Origin: Clostridiales bacterium | GTDB taxonomy: Bacteria; Bacillota; Clostridia; Christensenellales; UBA1242 | Length of the DNA: 64,000 nt | NCBI GenBank assembly: GCA_015055535.1 | Contig: SVIA01000001.1 | Span: forward strand, 15,805-79,804 | Direction: 5' to 3' | Part shown: positions 1 through 9,356 of the stretch, piece by piece | How positions within the stretch are numbered: the first letter of the stretch is position 1 | How the letters are laid out: each line of letters opens with the position of its first letter | Notes under the pieces: model-generated | Told to the model about the DNA's origin: nothing | Database searches by the model: none | The model's input: only the letters and a program-made list of their open reading frames with translations | Program-made: the position numbers and the translations under genes

Positions 1-309
1 AATGGAGATTTTTTTGCTATGCATATTCATAATGGTGATAATTGTAATGAAGATGCCAGCGGGAATTTTAATGATAGTACGCATTTTGACAAAAATAACA
101 ATTCTCATCCAAAACACTCTGGTGATTTCCCAAATTTACTATCTAATAATGGTTTTGCTTTTAGCATATTTTTAACAAATAGATTTAATGTTAATGATGT
201 TATTGGTAAAACTGTTTTTATTCACGCCAATGCAGATGACGGACGAAGTGACCCAAACGGTAATAGCGGTAGAAAAATTGCATGTGGAAAAATTTTAAAA
301 AGATATTAA
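1..309 (+). CDS. sodC: Cu/Zn superoxide dismutase, C-terminal part (5' end lies outside the window)
   Basis: Frame 1 is open from base 1 (NGDFFAMHIHNGDNC...). Copper/zinc ligand pattern H-x-H ... HSGDFPNL ... VFIHANADD ... GNSGRKIACGKI matches the Cu/Zn-SOD C-terminal signature (G-N-x-G-x-R-x-A-C-G). Confidence 0.8.
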   Translation, partial: NGDFFAMHIHNGDNCNEDASGNFNDSTHFDKNNNSHPKHSGDFPNLLSNNGFAFSIFLTNRFNVNDVIGKTVFIHANADDGRSDPNGNSGRKIACGKILKRY

Positions 310-1490
310 AGTGCCATATACATTACACTATTACTATTAATTCTATCACTTTCTGTAGTTCCGTATAATATGTTATTAAGCGATGAACCTATTGAATTAA
401 AAAATATTGAAATACCTTGCGTTTGTAAATTATTTTTATCACTACTTCGTATAATTATCGCACTACTATTATACATATAATTAAGGTTAGAAAAATTTCC
501 TTTTGGTTTTTCATTTAAATATTTATAATTTAAATTGTTTAATGCAACCTTACTTATAGAGTTTTTATAAATATTAAGACCCGAATTTTCTTCTTTATTA
601 AATGACAAATATATTCCAAATATATTTAGTTGTTTATTATTTTCAATAAATAAAACAGATTCGCCTATATTTGTAATTATATTTTTGCTAATTGACGAAT
701 TAGAAATAGAATTATTAATTTTTATCGCTCCTATTAATAAATTTTTAAAATTATTTGATGTAATATTCAAGTTCGAAGCAGTATTACCAATTATTCCATG
801 ACTATAACCAGTAAAATTACAGGAAATAACATTTAAACCTGTTATATCATCAAAATTAATAGCACCTAACTTATAATTAATATTCTTATTTTCAAATTCT
901 ATAATATTATTTTTAACAGAATTTTTAGTATTTAATGTTAAACCTATAAATGAAATATTTTCAATACCATTTACATAATTAATTTCACTATTGTTTAAAT
1001 AACCACCCAAAATAAAAAATGTATTTAATTTAGTTTTGTCTTTGCCTTCTCCTCCTATAATGATATTTGAACAATCAATTTCAACAGGATTATCTAATAA
1101 ATAATCCCCCTCTTTTAATAAGAGTATATCATTATCCTCGACATTTTCCAACAAATTTTTCATTTCTTCGCTATTATTTGCTACTTTGTTGGCAACATAA
1201 ACATAAAAAGAAGAACTAAAATTCCCATATCTAACAGTTATTTCTATTTTTCCACTTTTAGTGCTATCAAATCCACTAAAACTAGCATTATTACTATTAA
1301 TTCTAATTAAAGCACTGTCGGTTTTAATATTTCTTAATTCAAGTCCTTTTAAATCTAATTCCTCTCCAATTTCATAAACAAGTTTATTTGGCATTTTATA
1401 AATATAAAGACTGACCATTTCATGAGTACAACCAGACAAACTAAAAACTGAGAATAAAATAAAAATCAAACAAATTGTAATTTTTTTCAT
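306..1490 (-). CDS. surface lipoprotein: Ig-like domain plus right-handed parallel beta-helix repeats
   Basis: The ORF track extends to 1544. The likely start is the ATG at 1490, giving MKKITICLIFILFSVFSLSG|C with a canonical L-S-G-C lipobox. An Ig-like unit follows (KLVYEIGEELDLKGLEL...GKIEITVRYGNFSSSFYVYV). After that come many N-I/L-x-I-x-x-N-x-F/I turns (NLNITSNNFKNLLIGAIKINNSISNSSISKNIITN) typical of PbH1-type beta-helix repeats. Confidence 0.6.
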   Translation of the reverse strand: MKKITICLIFILFSVFSLSGCTHEMVSLYIYKMPNKLVYEIGEELDLKGLELRNIKTDSALIRINSNNASFSGFDSTKSGKIEITVRYGNFSSSFYVYVANKVANNSEEMKNLLENVEDNDILLLKEGDYLLDNPVEIDCSNIIIGGEGKDKTKLNTFFILGGYLNNSEINYVNGIENISFIGLTLNTKNSVKNNIIEFENKNINYKLGAINFDDITGLNVISCNFTGYSHGIIGNTASNLNITSNNFKNLLIGAIKINNSISNSSISKNIITNIGESVLFIENNKQLNIFGIYLSFNKEENSGLNIYKNSISKVALNNLNYKYLNEKPKGNFSNLNYMYNSSAIIIRSSDKNNLQTQGISIFFNSIGSSLNNILYGTTESDRINSNSVMYMAL

Positions 1491-1561
1491 AATAATAAAT
1501 TTTGACAAAATAAAAATAATTATACAAAAAAAAGAAGTAAACAAATTACTTCTTTTAAATA

Positions 1562-1975
1562 TTAATCGTTAAAATTAATAATTTTTTCACCAAATATATA
1601 AGCATATATACCTAAAACAACTGGTGAAATGCTTAAGGCAATATTAATGAAATAAGTTATTTCATTTGTTCCAATAATTTCTAAGCTAATTCCTTGTACA
1701 AAGAATACAACAATTGCCATTATTGAACATAATACGCCTAAAATAAGGAAAATTAAACCCGAAAAATATTTCATTCTATGCTTCATAGTACAATAAACAT
1801 CAAATAATAAGTTTAAAACTAAAGCAATAGTCCAAACATAATAAATAATTTGAATAATTATTGGAAGTGTGCTAAATGTTGTTCTTAAAAAAAATACAAC
1901 ACTAAATAAAATTGCCCCAATAATTAAAGCATAATATGACATATTAAGCAAGTTTCTTTTTTGATTATTCTCCAT
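1562..1975 (-). CDS. small integral membrane protein (about 4 TM helices), function unknown
   Basis: 137-aa ORF with four hydrophobic stretches (ALIIGAILFSVVFFL, IIIQIIYYVWTIALVLNLLF, LIFLILGVLCSIMAIVVFFV, INIALSISPVVLGIYAYIF). GGAGGA SD lies upstream (revcomp of tcctcc at 1981-1986). Confidence 0.5.
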   Translation of the reverse strand: MENNQKRNLLNMSYYALIIGAILFSVVFFLRTTFSTLPIIIQIIYYVWTIALVLNLLFDVYCTMKHRMKYFSGLIFLILGVLCSIMAIVVFFVQGISLEIIGTNEITYFINIALSISPVVLGIYAYIFGEKIINFND

Positions 1976-2128
1976 AAAATCCTCCTTTTAATTAGTTTGT
2001 ATAGAAAATAATTTTTTATTCCACTTACTCTTCCTAAAATTTTCCAACATCAGATTGTGCATAAAAATATAATAAAAAATAATATTTTTAATTAATATAA
2101 AAAAATTAAATTATTTTTAAAAAAATAG

Positions 2129-2157
2129 TTGACAACTAATAAATATAGTGATAAAAT
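2129..2157 (+). promoter_or_regulatory. sigma-70-type promoter for tRNA-Asn
   Basis: TTGACA (2129-2134), 17-nt spacer, TAAAAT (2152-2157) with a TGn extended -10. It ends 12 nt before the tRNA 5' end. Confidence 0.45.
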
Positions 2158-2169
2158 AATATCGTTTAT

Positions 2170-2244
2170 TCCTCGATAGCTCAGCGGTGGAGCACTCGGC
2201 TGTTAACCGATAGGTCGTAGGTTCGAATCCTACTCGGGGAGCCA
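2170..2244 (+). tRNA. tRNA-Asn (anticodon GTT), CCA encoded
   Basis: Folded by hand as a cloverleaf. Acceptor TCCTCGA/TCGGGGA; D arm GCTC...GAGC; anticodon loop CTGTTAA; T arm GTAGG-TTCGAAT-CCTAC; discriminator G plus CCA. Confidence 0.9.
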
Positions 2245-2248
2245 ATTT

Positions 2249-2279
2249 AAAGTGAACATATTAAAGTTCACTTTTTTTT
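2249..2279 (+). terminator. rho-independent terminator after tRNA-Asn
   Basis: 9-bp stem AAAGTGAAC/GTTCACTTT, 8-nt loop, then a T8 run. Confidence 0.65.
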
Positions 2280-2339
2280 GTTTATATTATGTACTAACAA
2301 ATTCCTATAAATACTATTATTAAAAAATATTAAAAATAT

Positions 2340-2372
2340 TAAAAAAGAGATGAAATAAAATCATCTCTTTTA
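2340..2372. terminator. hairpin terminator at the 3' end of the 2370-3389 gene
   Basis: Stem AGAGATGA/TCATCTCT (2346-2353 / 2361-2368). An A-run on one side and a T-run on the other make it usable in both directions. Confidence 0.5.
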
Positions 2373-3389
2373 CATTGTAAAAATATCTTCAATAATATTA
2401 TTCATTGTACCCTTTGATACTTTTGATATATTTGGTTGTGTTGGTTTTTTTGTTGTTGTTATATTTTCCGATTTATATGGCTTATTCTTTGTATCTAATT
2501 TTTGTTTAGCTTTTGCGGCTAACTTAAACAAACTATCCGTAATATGTTTAACAATAGTTTTTTGAACTCCGATATTATTTGTTTGAATTGGTTCTGGAAC
2601 TTTAGGATAAATTGTTTCTACATTTTTCATTAAAAGGTCATTTTTAGATTTATAATCGTTTGATTCAACATTTAAATATTTTTTTGCAATAGCTTCATCT
2701 TTTTTAGTATTTTCTAATACTTTTTTACCTTCTTCTGTTTTATTTAATTCTTCAACATTTTTATTATATGCTATTTCATAATAATTGCTTTCTTCTTGTT
2801 CAATGTTTTGTTTTATATATAAAAGTTTAATTTTCCTTTCTATAATGGCTTTAAAATCTTCATCTGTATCTTTTTCTTCTAATTCTATTTTTGAGCCCTC
2901 GGTAGTAGTATTTACCAAAATATTAAAAGCTTTATAAACTTCTTGTCTAAAAATATCATTGTTAGCAAGCACAACTTTTTTAAGTTTTGTCGCTTGTGTA
3001 TTTTCAATAAAGCCTTTTGCTTTATATATCGGTTCTAATAATTCTAATATTGCAGTTTTATAACCTGCTTTTTCATTATCAATAACTTTTACTGCAAAAT
3101 TAAGATAACTGAAAGCATTAACTTTTGCTTCTGATTTTACAAATAAAATATTTTCATAGTTATCTTCTATTACTTTAGTACATTTTATAAGTTCTTCTTT
3201 AATATCGTCTTGAATAACATATTCGCCAAACTCATTATAATTACCAAGCATTAAATTATCAACAACATCAATATATTGTTCATATTTATATCTATCTATT
3301 TCATATTTTTCACTTAAATAACCACCATCTATATCTTTTCTAATATATTTAGGATTTTCTTTTTCTAAATCTGCAAGCTTTAATTCCAT
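2370..3389 (-). CDS. hypothetical Lys/Glu-rich protein (339 aa)
   Basis: The ORF track extends to 3503. However, AGGAGAAGTTTT precedes the ATG at 3389 (MELKLADLEKENPKY...). No signal peptide and no motif I recognise. The C-terminal third is K/T/N-rich and low complexity. Confidence 0.5.
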   Translation of the reverse strand: MELKLADLEKENPKYIRKDIDGGYLSEKYEIDRYKYEQYIDVVDNLMLGNYNEFGEYVIQDDIKEELIKCTKVIEDNYENILFVKSEAKVNAFSYLNFAVKVIDNEKAGYKTAILELLEPIYKAKGFIENTQATKLKKVVLANNDIFRQEVYKAFNILVNTTTEGSKIELEEKDTDEDFKAIIERKIKLLYIKQNIEQEESNYYEIAYNKNVEELNKTEEGKKVLENTKKDEAIAKKYLNVESNDYKSKNDLLMKNVETIYPKVPEPIQTNNIGVQKTIVKHITDSLFKLAAKAKQKLDTKNKPYKSENITTTKKPTQPNISKVSKGTMNNIIEDIFTM

Positions 3390-3549
3390 AAAACTTCTCC
3401 TATTTGTTTTATTATAACACAATTTTTCTGCTTTTACAAGCGCCTTAAGCACTATTTTATTTGTTTTATCCGAATTTAGAGAAAATTTAGTATTGACAAC
3501 CATCCCCTTTTATGTTAACATAAGTTAGTAAAATTAGGAGAAAAATACA

Positions 3550-3866
3550 ATGTTTATAGAGAAAGTTAAAAAAGAAGAATTAAAAAAATATTTTCATAAA
3601 ATTACTAATGATTTTAGTATTGGTGAATTTTATGCTGTTAACAATAATATATATTATTTACAACTTTTAACCGATAGTTACGGCTTAAAACCAGAATTTT
3701 ATTTAACTGATTTTAGTGTAAGAGGTATCAATGCTTACGGAAGAATGAATGAAATGGTTTTAGCGAAGTAATTAAACAATTTATGATAAATAAATTCGGT
3801 GAAGAATATAAAATTGCTTATAACGAAGATTTAAAAAAGAATTTTGAAGAACAACTAATTAAATAA
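3550..3866 (+). pseudogene. first member of a 3-gene paralog array, interrupted by a frameshift
   Basis: The ORF 3550-3771 (MFIEKVKKEELKKYF...) stops at TAA 3769. The conserved family C-terminus (IKQFMINKFGEEYKIAYNEDLKKNFEEQLIK*) continues in another frame, open from 3753 to the stop at 3864-3866. It aligns with YTFMYNKFGEEYLQELKIY of the next paralog. The switch must lie in 3753-3771, which contains a T4 run. Confidence 0.5.
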
Positions 3867-3877
3867 GGAGAAAAATT

Positions 3878-4285
3878 ATGTTTATTGAAAGATTAACACA
3901 AAGTGATATTAATGAACTAATTAAAATATTTGATATTACTACTTATAAAAATACACAAACAACTGGGACACATATTACAATAAAAAACGATAAAATTGAA
4001 ATTAGATCTTTTGACCGTTCTGGCTCTCATTTTTCTTATTATGATGACCAAGAGTTATCAATTAGCGATTTTTATGCACACTTTTGGTCAATGAATAGAT
4101 CTAAATTTGATTACAATGAAATAACTAAAATGACTTATTATACCTTTATGTATAATAAATTTGGTGAAGAATATTTACAAGAGTTAAAAATATACTTGCA
4201 AAATGAAAAGCAAAATAAATTAAAAGATATTAGCAAAAAAATTGATAAAGAAAATGATAAATTAATTGAAAATTTAACAAAATAA
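3878..4285 (+). CDS. small cytoplasmic protein, paralog family MFIE(R/K)LT... (135 aa)
   Basis: AAGGAG SD 7 nt upstream. The N-terminus MFIERLTQSDINELIKIF is nearly identical in pattern to the neighbouring ORFs. No signal peptide. Confidence 0.7.
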   Translation: MFIERLTQSDINELIKIFDITTYKNTQTTGTHITIKNDKIEIRSFDRSGSHFSYYDDQELSISDFYAHFWSMNRSKFDYNEITKMTYYTFMYNKFGEEYLQELKIYLQNEKQNKLKDISKKIDKENDKLIENLTK

Positions 4286-4301
4286 TTAAGGAGTACAAAG
4301 T

Positions 4302-4643
4302 ATGTTTATTGAAAGATTAACAAGAGAAGATATTAATAAATTTATAGATTTAATTAATAAGGAATGCCCTGATATTACTTTAATATGTGCTGAAATTACA
4401 AAAAACAAAAAAAGTTTAACAGTAAATCTTCAAAATTATTATGAATATAGTGGAGATGTTACAGAAAATTTTAACATTAAATTAACCGACTTTAACGTAA
4501 TAGATAAAAATATGAAACCAGAATTTAAAGCAAAATTTAAAAAAGTTTGGGTTAATTTTCTTTACTCTAAATATGAAGATGAATATCTATATGAAATTAT
4601 TACAAAATTAGATAAAAAAGAAACTAAAACATTAGAAAAATAA
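4302..4643 (+). CDS. small cytoplasmic protein, paralog family MFIE(R/K)LT... (113 aa)
   Basis: AAGGAG SD upstream. N-terminus MFIERLTREDINKFIDLI. The C-terminal FLYSKYEDEYLYEI corresponds to FMYNKFGEEYLQEL of the previous gene. Confidence 0.7.
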   Translation: MFIERLTREDINKFIDLINKECPDITLICAEITKNKKSLTVNLQNYYEYSGDVTENFNIKLTDFNVIDKNMKPEFKAKFKKVWVNFLYSKYEDEYLYEIITKLDKKETKTLEK

Positions 4644-4657
4644 TTTAAAAATAAATA

Positions 4658-4679
4658 AACGGCAAAAAGCCGTTTTTTA
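4658..4679 (+). terminator. rho-independent terminator of the paralog array
   Basis: Stem ACGGC/GCCGT with an AAAAA loop, followed by T6. Confidence 0.55.
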
Positions 4680-4733
4680 TTTAACTTTTATACAATTAAT
4701 TTGGTTAAAATTCATTAATGAATATTTTAAATT

Positions 4734-4766
4734 AAAAAAGAAGGTAATTTTACCTTCTTTTTTTAT
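4734..4766. terminator. terminator downstream of tuf
   Basis: 9-bp stem AAGAAGGTA/TACCTTCTT with a 4-nt loop, flanked by A-run and T-run, 11 nt after the tuf stop. Confidence 0.65.
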
Positions 4767-4776
4767 TATAAAATTA

Positions 4777-5985
4777 TTATTTAATAACTTTAGTAACAAC
4801 GCCTGAACCTACAGTTCTTCCGCCTTCACGGATAGCAAATCTTAAACCTTCTTCAATAGCGATATCAGTGATTAATTTAATATCCATAGTGATATTATCA
4901 CCAGGCATAACCATTTCTACGCCTTGAGGTAGATCGATTGTTCCAGTAACGTCTGTAGTTCTGAAGTAGAATTGTGGTCTGTAACCATTGAAGAATGGAG
5001 TATGACGGCCACCTTCTTCTTTTTTAAGAACGTATACTTGAGCTGTAAATTCTGTATGAGGATTAATTGTACCTGGTTTTGCAAGAACTTGTCCTCTTTC
5101 GATATCTTTTCTTTCTACACCACGAAGTAAAGCACCGATATTATCACCAGCTTCTGCTTGGTCTAATAATTTTCTGAACATTTCAACACCAGTAACAACT
5201 GTTGATTTTTTAGCACCCATACCAACGATTTCAACAGTATCACCAACTTTAACTACACCTCTTTCTACTCTACCTGTAGCAACAGTACCACGACCAGTAA
5301 TTGTGAATACGTCTTCAACTGGCATTAAGAATGGTTGATCTACATCTCTTTTTGGATCAGGAATGTAGCTATCTACAGCATCCATTAATTCGAATATTGG
5401 TTTACATTCTGGAGCAGTTGTAACATCACAACCAGCTAAAACAGCGTCTAGAGCTTTTTGAGCTGAACCTCTAATAATTGGAGTGTCATCTCCTGGGAAT
5501 TCGTATTTAGAAAGTAATTCTCTTACTTCCATTTCTACTAGGTCTAATAATTCATCATCATCAACCATATCGCATTTATTTAAGAATACTACGATATATG
5601 GAACGCCAACTTGACGTGCTAAAAGAATGTGTTCTCTTGTTTGAGGCATTGGACCATCAGCAGCAGATACTACTAGGATAGCACCATCCATTTGAGCAGC
5701 ACCAGTGATCATGTTTTTAACATAGTCTGCGTGTCCTGGACAGTCAACGTGTGCGTAGTGTCTTCTGTCTGTTTCGTATTCTACGTGAGAAGTATTGATT
5801 GTGATACCTCTAGCTTTTTCTTCTGGAGCTTTATCGATATCATTGTAATCCATACCTTGTGCTTTACCAACTTTAGATAAAGTCATACAAATTGCAGCAG
5901 TTAGTGTTGTTTTACCATGGTCAACGTGACCGATAGTACCAATGTTGCAATGTGGTTTGTTTCTTTCAAACTTAGCTTTTGCCAT
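4777..5985 (-). CDS. tuf: elongation factor Tu
   Basis: [45 protein letters not shown]: full-length EF-Tu with G1-G4 motifs. AGGAGGAA SD upstream. Confidence 0.97.
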   Translation of the reverse strand: MAKAKFERNKPHCNIGTIGHVDHGKTTLTAAICMTLSKVGKAQGMDYNDIDKAPEEKARGITINTSHVEYETDRRHYAHVDCPGHADYVKNMITGAAQMDGAILVVSAADGPMPQTREHILLARQVGVPYIVVFLNKCDMVDDDELLDLVEMEVRELLSKYEFPGDDTPIIRGSAQKALDAVLAGCDVTTAPECKPIFELMDAVDSYIPDPKRDVDQPFLMPVEDVFTITGRGTVATGRVERGVVKVGDTVEIVGMGAKKSTVVTGVEMFRKLLDQAEAGDNIGALLRGVERKDIERGQVLAKPGTINPHTEFTAQVYVLKKEEGGRHTPFFNGYRPQFYFRTTDVTGTIDLPQGVEMVMPGDNITMDIKLITDIAIEEGLRFAIREGGRTVGSGVVTKVIK

Positions 5986-6128
5986 TTTTAAATAATTCCT
6001 CCTAATTTTATGAAATATTAATTTCTTAGCTTAATTTTATCATAATATTAAAATTAAAGCAAATGAAAATAACCAATTTTAATTTTTTTTACAAAAGTTC
6101 CCAATTTTCCTAAGAATTTTGGCTATTA

Positions 6129-8213
6129 TTATTCTTCTGTATTTCTTTTTGCTCTTTCGCCAATTATTTTTTCAGCGATAGATTTTGGAACTTCAGCATA
6201 GTTACTAAATACCATTGAGAAAGTTCCTCTTCCTTGAGTTGCACTTCTTAGGTCTGTAACGTAACCAAACATTTCTGATAGTGGTACTAAAGCTGCAATT
6301 TTTTGAATTCCGTAAGCTGCTTCTGTACCTTGAAGTATACCACGACGACCAGTTAAACCACCAATAACGTCACCTAAGTAATCGTCAGGAGTTTCAACAT
6401 CAACTTTCATAATAGGTTCTAAAAGTACTGGGTTTGCTTTTCTAGCACCTTCTTTAAATGCCATACTACCAGCAATTTTGAACGCCATTTCTGATGAGTC
6501 AACATCATGATAAGAACCATCGTAAACAGTAACTTTAAAGTCAACAACAGGATAGCCTGCTAAAATACCATTTGCAGCTGCTTCTTGAATACCTTTATCG
6601 ATAGCTGGTATATATTCTTTAGGAATAACACCACCAACAATATTATCGATAAATTCATAACCACCGTCTGTTGGTTCTAATTTAATCCAGCAGTGACCAT
6701 ATTGACCTTTACCACCTGATTGACGGATATATTTTCCTTCAGCTTCAATTGGCATTCTAATAGTTTCTTTATAAGCAACTTGTGGTCTACCAATATTAGC
6801 TTCAACACCGAATTCTCTTTTTAATCTATCAACAATGATATCTAAGTGTAATTCACCAACACCTGCGATAATTGTTTGACCAGAATCTTTATCTGTCCAA
6901 GTTTTAAATGTTGGATCTTCTTTAGCAAGTTTAATTAATGCAAGAACCATTTTTTCTTGGTCTGCTTTAGTTTTTGGTTCTAAGCTTTGTTCAATAACTG
7001 GATCTGGGAAATCCATACCAGAAAGCATAATTGGATGTTCTTCATCACATAAAGTATCAGCAGTAATAGTGTCTTTTAAACCAACTAAAGCTGCAATATC
7101 TCCAGCAAATATTTCATCTATTTCTTGACGAGAGTTAGCATGCATTCTAACAATACGTCCAATTCTTTCTCTTTTTCCTGTTCTTGGATTATAAACATAA
7201 GAACCTGATTTTAAACTACCAGAATAAACACGGAAGAATGTTAAGTTTCCAACAAATTTATCATCCATAATTTTAAATGCTAAACCTGCAAATGGAGCAT
7301 CATCGCTAGATTCTCTTTTTTCTTCTTCGTTAGTATCTGGGTTTATACCTGTAATATGATCAACATCAGTTGGAGCTGGTAGATAATCTACAATGGCATC
7401 TAGTAAAGGTTGAACACCTTTATTTCTTAATGCAGTTCCGCATAGAACTGGGTTGATTTTTAATTCTAGAGTTGCTTTTCTTATTGCTTTTTTAATTTCT
7501 TCAATAGTAAATTCTTCACCAGCAAAGAATTTTTCTAATAATTCATCATCAGTTTCAGCAATAGATTCAATCATTTTAGCTCTATATTCTTCAGCTTTTG
7601 CTTTTAACTCTGCTGGAATTTCTACAACTTCATAATTTTTTCCATCGTCTTCAGCGTAAATTGTAGCATTCATTTCGATTAAGTCAATGATACCTTTAAA
7701 ATCTGCTTCTTGTCCGATAGGAATTTGAATAGGAACTGGGTTACCTTTAAGTCTTGTTTTAACACTATCACAAGCTTTAAAGAAGTCAGCAGCATCTCTA
7801 TCCATTTTATTAACAAATACCATTCTTGGTACTTTGTAATCGTTTGCTTGTCTCCAAACAGTTTCACTTTGTGGTTGAGCACCTTCACGAGCTGATAATA
7901 CTGTGATAGCACCATCTAAAACTTTTAAGCTTCTTTGAACTTCAACAGTAAAGTCAACGTGCCCCGGAGTATCAATAAGGTTAATTCTTTTGCCTTTCCA
8001 AGTACAAGTTGTACAAGCAGAAGTAATTGTAATACCTCTTTCTTGTTCTTGTGCCATCCAGTCCATTGTTGCGCCACCTTCGTGAACTTCACCAATTTTA
8101 TGAGTAATACCTGTATAATACAAAATTCTTTCACTTGTTGTTGTTTTACCAGCATCAATGTGAGCCATAATACCAATATTTCTTGTATTTTCAAGTGTAA
8201 ATTCTCTTGGCAT
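6129..8213 (-). CDS. fusA: elongation factor G
   Basis: [37 protein letters not shown]..: 694 aa, collinear with EF-G. Standard position between rpsG and tuf. Confidence 0.97.
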   Translation of the reverse strand: MPREFTLENTRNIGIMAHIDAGKTTTSERILYYTGITHKIGEVHEGGATMDWMAQEQERGITITSACTTCTWKGKRINLIDTPGHVDFTVEVQRSLKVLDGAITVLSAREGAQPQSETVWRQANDYKVPRMVFVNKMDRDAADFFKACDSVKTRLKGNPVPIQIPIGQEADFKGIIDLIEMNATIYAEDDGKNYEVVEIPAELKAKAEEYRAKMIESIAETDDELLEKFFAGEEFTIEEIKKAIRKATLELKINPVLCGTALRNKGVQPLLDAIVDYLPAPTDVDHITGINPDTNEEEKRESSDDAPFAGLAFKIMDDKFVGNLTFFRVYSGSLKSGSYVYNPRTGKRERIGRIVRMHANSRQEIDEIFAGDIAALVGLKDTITADTLCDEEHPIMLSGMDFPDPVIEQSLEPKTKADQEKMVLALIKLAKEDPTFKTWTDKDSGQTIIAGVGELHLDIIVDRLKREFGVEANIGRPQVAYKETIRMPIEAEGKYIRQSGGKGQYGHCWIKLEPTDGGYEFIDNIVGGVIPKEYIPAIDKGIQEAAANGILAGYPVVDFKVTVYDGSYHDVDSSEMAFKIAGSMAFKEGARKANPVLLEPIMKVDVETPDDYLGDVIGGLTGRRGILQGTEAAYGIQKIAALVPLSEMFGYVTDLRSATQGRGTFSMVFSNYAEVPKSIAEKIIGERAKRNTEE

Positions 8214-8251
8214 AATTTTCTCCTTTCTTATTTTTTAATAAAAATAAAATT

Positions 8252-8722
8252 TTAATATCTGTAATGAGCGAAAGCTTTATTAGCTTCAGCCATTCTATGC
8301 ATTTCTTCTTTCTTTTTAAATGCTGCACCTGTTTGATTATTAGCATCAACTAGTTCTGAAGCAAGACGATTACACATTTCTCTTTCACTTCTTTTTCTAG
8401 CAGCATTAACAATCCAACGAATTCCTAGAGTTTGTCTTCTGTCTGGTCTAACTTCGATAGGAACTTGATAGTTAGTACCACCAACTCTACGAGCTTTACA
8501 TTCAACTACTGGCATAACGTTTTCTAATGCTTTTGAAAGACAGTTAGCGCCTTCTAAGCCTAGTTTTTCGTTAGCAATATCAAATGCTTTATATACAATG
8601 CTTTGTGCTAAACTTTTTTTACCATCTAGCATAATTTGGTTAATTAATTTTGCTACTACTATGCTATTAAATTTTGGATCTGGTAAAATATCTCTTTTAA
8701 CAGCTTGATTTCTTCTTGGCAT
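8252..8722 (-). CDS. rpsG: 30S ribosomal protein S7
   Basis: [18 protein letters not shown]... begins at the ATG at 8722 (AGGAGA SD upstream). The ORF-track start at 8761 adds 13 non-conserved residues. Confidence 0.95.
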   Translation of the reverse strand: MPRRNQAVKRDILPDPKFNSIVVAKLINQIMLDGKKSLAQSIVYKAFDIANEKLGLEGANCLSKALENVMPVVECKARRVGGTNYQVPIEVRPDRRQTLGIRWIVNAARKRSEREMCNRLASELVDANNQTGAAFKKKEEMHRMAEANKAFAHYRY

Positions 8723-8766
8723 ATTATATTCTCTCCTTTTTAGATTTTTAAATAAGTTCAATTCAA

Positions 8767-9138
8767 TTATTTAGGTTTTTTAGCACCATATTTACTTCTG
8801 CTTTGATTTCTTTTTGCAACACCTGCAGTATCTAAAGCACCACGTACAATATGATAACGAACACCTGGTAAGTCTTTAACCCTTCCACCACGAATTAATA
8901 CAACGCTATGTTCTTGTAGGTTATGACCAATACCTGGAATATAACATGTACCTTCTTCACCAGTAGAAACTTTAACTCTTGCAATTTTTCTTAAAGCTGA
9001 ATTAGGCTTTTTAGGAGTTGTTGTTGTAACTGATAAACAAACACCTCTTTTTTGTGGACATTCTTCAAGTAATGGAGATTTACTTTTCTTTTCTACTTGT
9101 TTTCTTCCGTGCCTAATAAGTTGGTTAATTGTTGGCAT
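8767..9138 (-). CDS. rpsL: 30S ribosomal protein S12
   Basis: [13 protein letters not shown]...[11 protein letters not shown]...[18 protein letters not shown]: canonical S12. GGAGGAAG SD upstream. Confidence 0.97.
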   Translation of the reverse strand: MPTINQLIRHGRKQVEKKSKSPLLEECPQKRGVCLSVTTTTPKKPNSALRKIARVKVSTGEEGTCYIPGIGHNLQEHSVVLIRGGRVKDLPGVRYHIVRGALDTAGVAKRNQSRSKYGAKKPK

Positions 9139-9292
9139 TTTTCTTCCTCCTTTAAATTTTGAACTTACCTAAACAACCCTTATAGGTAAAATTCTAGAAA
9201 ATAATTTATAAAAACCACACACTATAAAATTTTTATAAATTAAAACCTGCGTAAAAAATTACTTTACACAAGTAACTCATTTAGTTTACCAA

Positions 9293-9321
9293 ATCGTTTT
9301 AATTTTGTCAACACAAAATAT
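9293..9321 (-). promoter_or_regulatory. candidate promoter of the rpsL-rpsG-fusA-tuf operon
   Basis: Minus strand TTGACA (9316-9321), 17 nt, TAAACT (9293-9298). This leaves a leader of about 150 nt containing the ACCTA...TAGGT hairpin. Confidence 0.4.
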
Positions 9322-9330
9322 AAAATTTTT

Positions 9331-9356
9331 ATTAAAAAACTGGCAAATGCCAGTTA
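9331..9356 (-). terminator. rho-independent terminator of the GT4 gene
   Basis: Stem AACTGGC/GCCAGTT (9338-9344 / 9349-9355), followed on the minus strand by TTTTT. The stop codon lies inside the stem. Confidence 0.55.

Noticed and set aside
1491-1544. N-terminal extensions given by the ORF track, here and at 3390-3503 and 8723-8761.
   Set aside because: In each case an internal ATG has a proper SD and yields the conserved or functional N-terminus (lipoprotein signal; S7 MPRRN...). The upstream ATGs lack SDs.
2170-4770. Genomic island or prophage remnant integrated at tRNA-Asn.
   Set aside because: There is no integrase or recombinase, and no direct repeat of the tRNA 3' end near the tuf-proximal boundary. 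The accessory nature of 2370-4643 is plausible, but an integration event cannot be supported.
7453-8255. Several 60-106-aa ORFs on both strands overlapping fusA, plus similar ones inside tuf (5692-5880), rpoC, the GT4 genes and lysS.
   Set aside because: They overlap strongly conserved housekeeping genes out of frame or antisense, and they have no translation signals.
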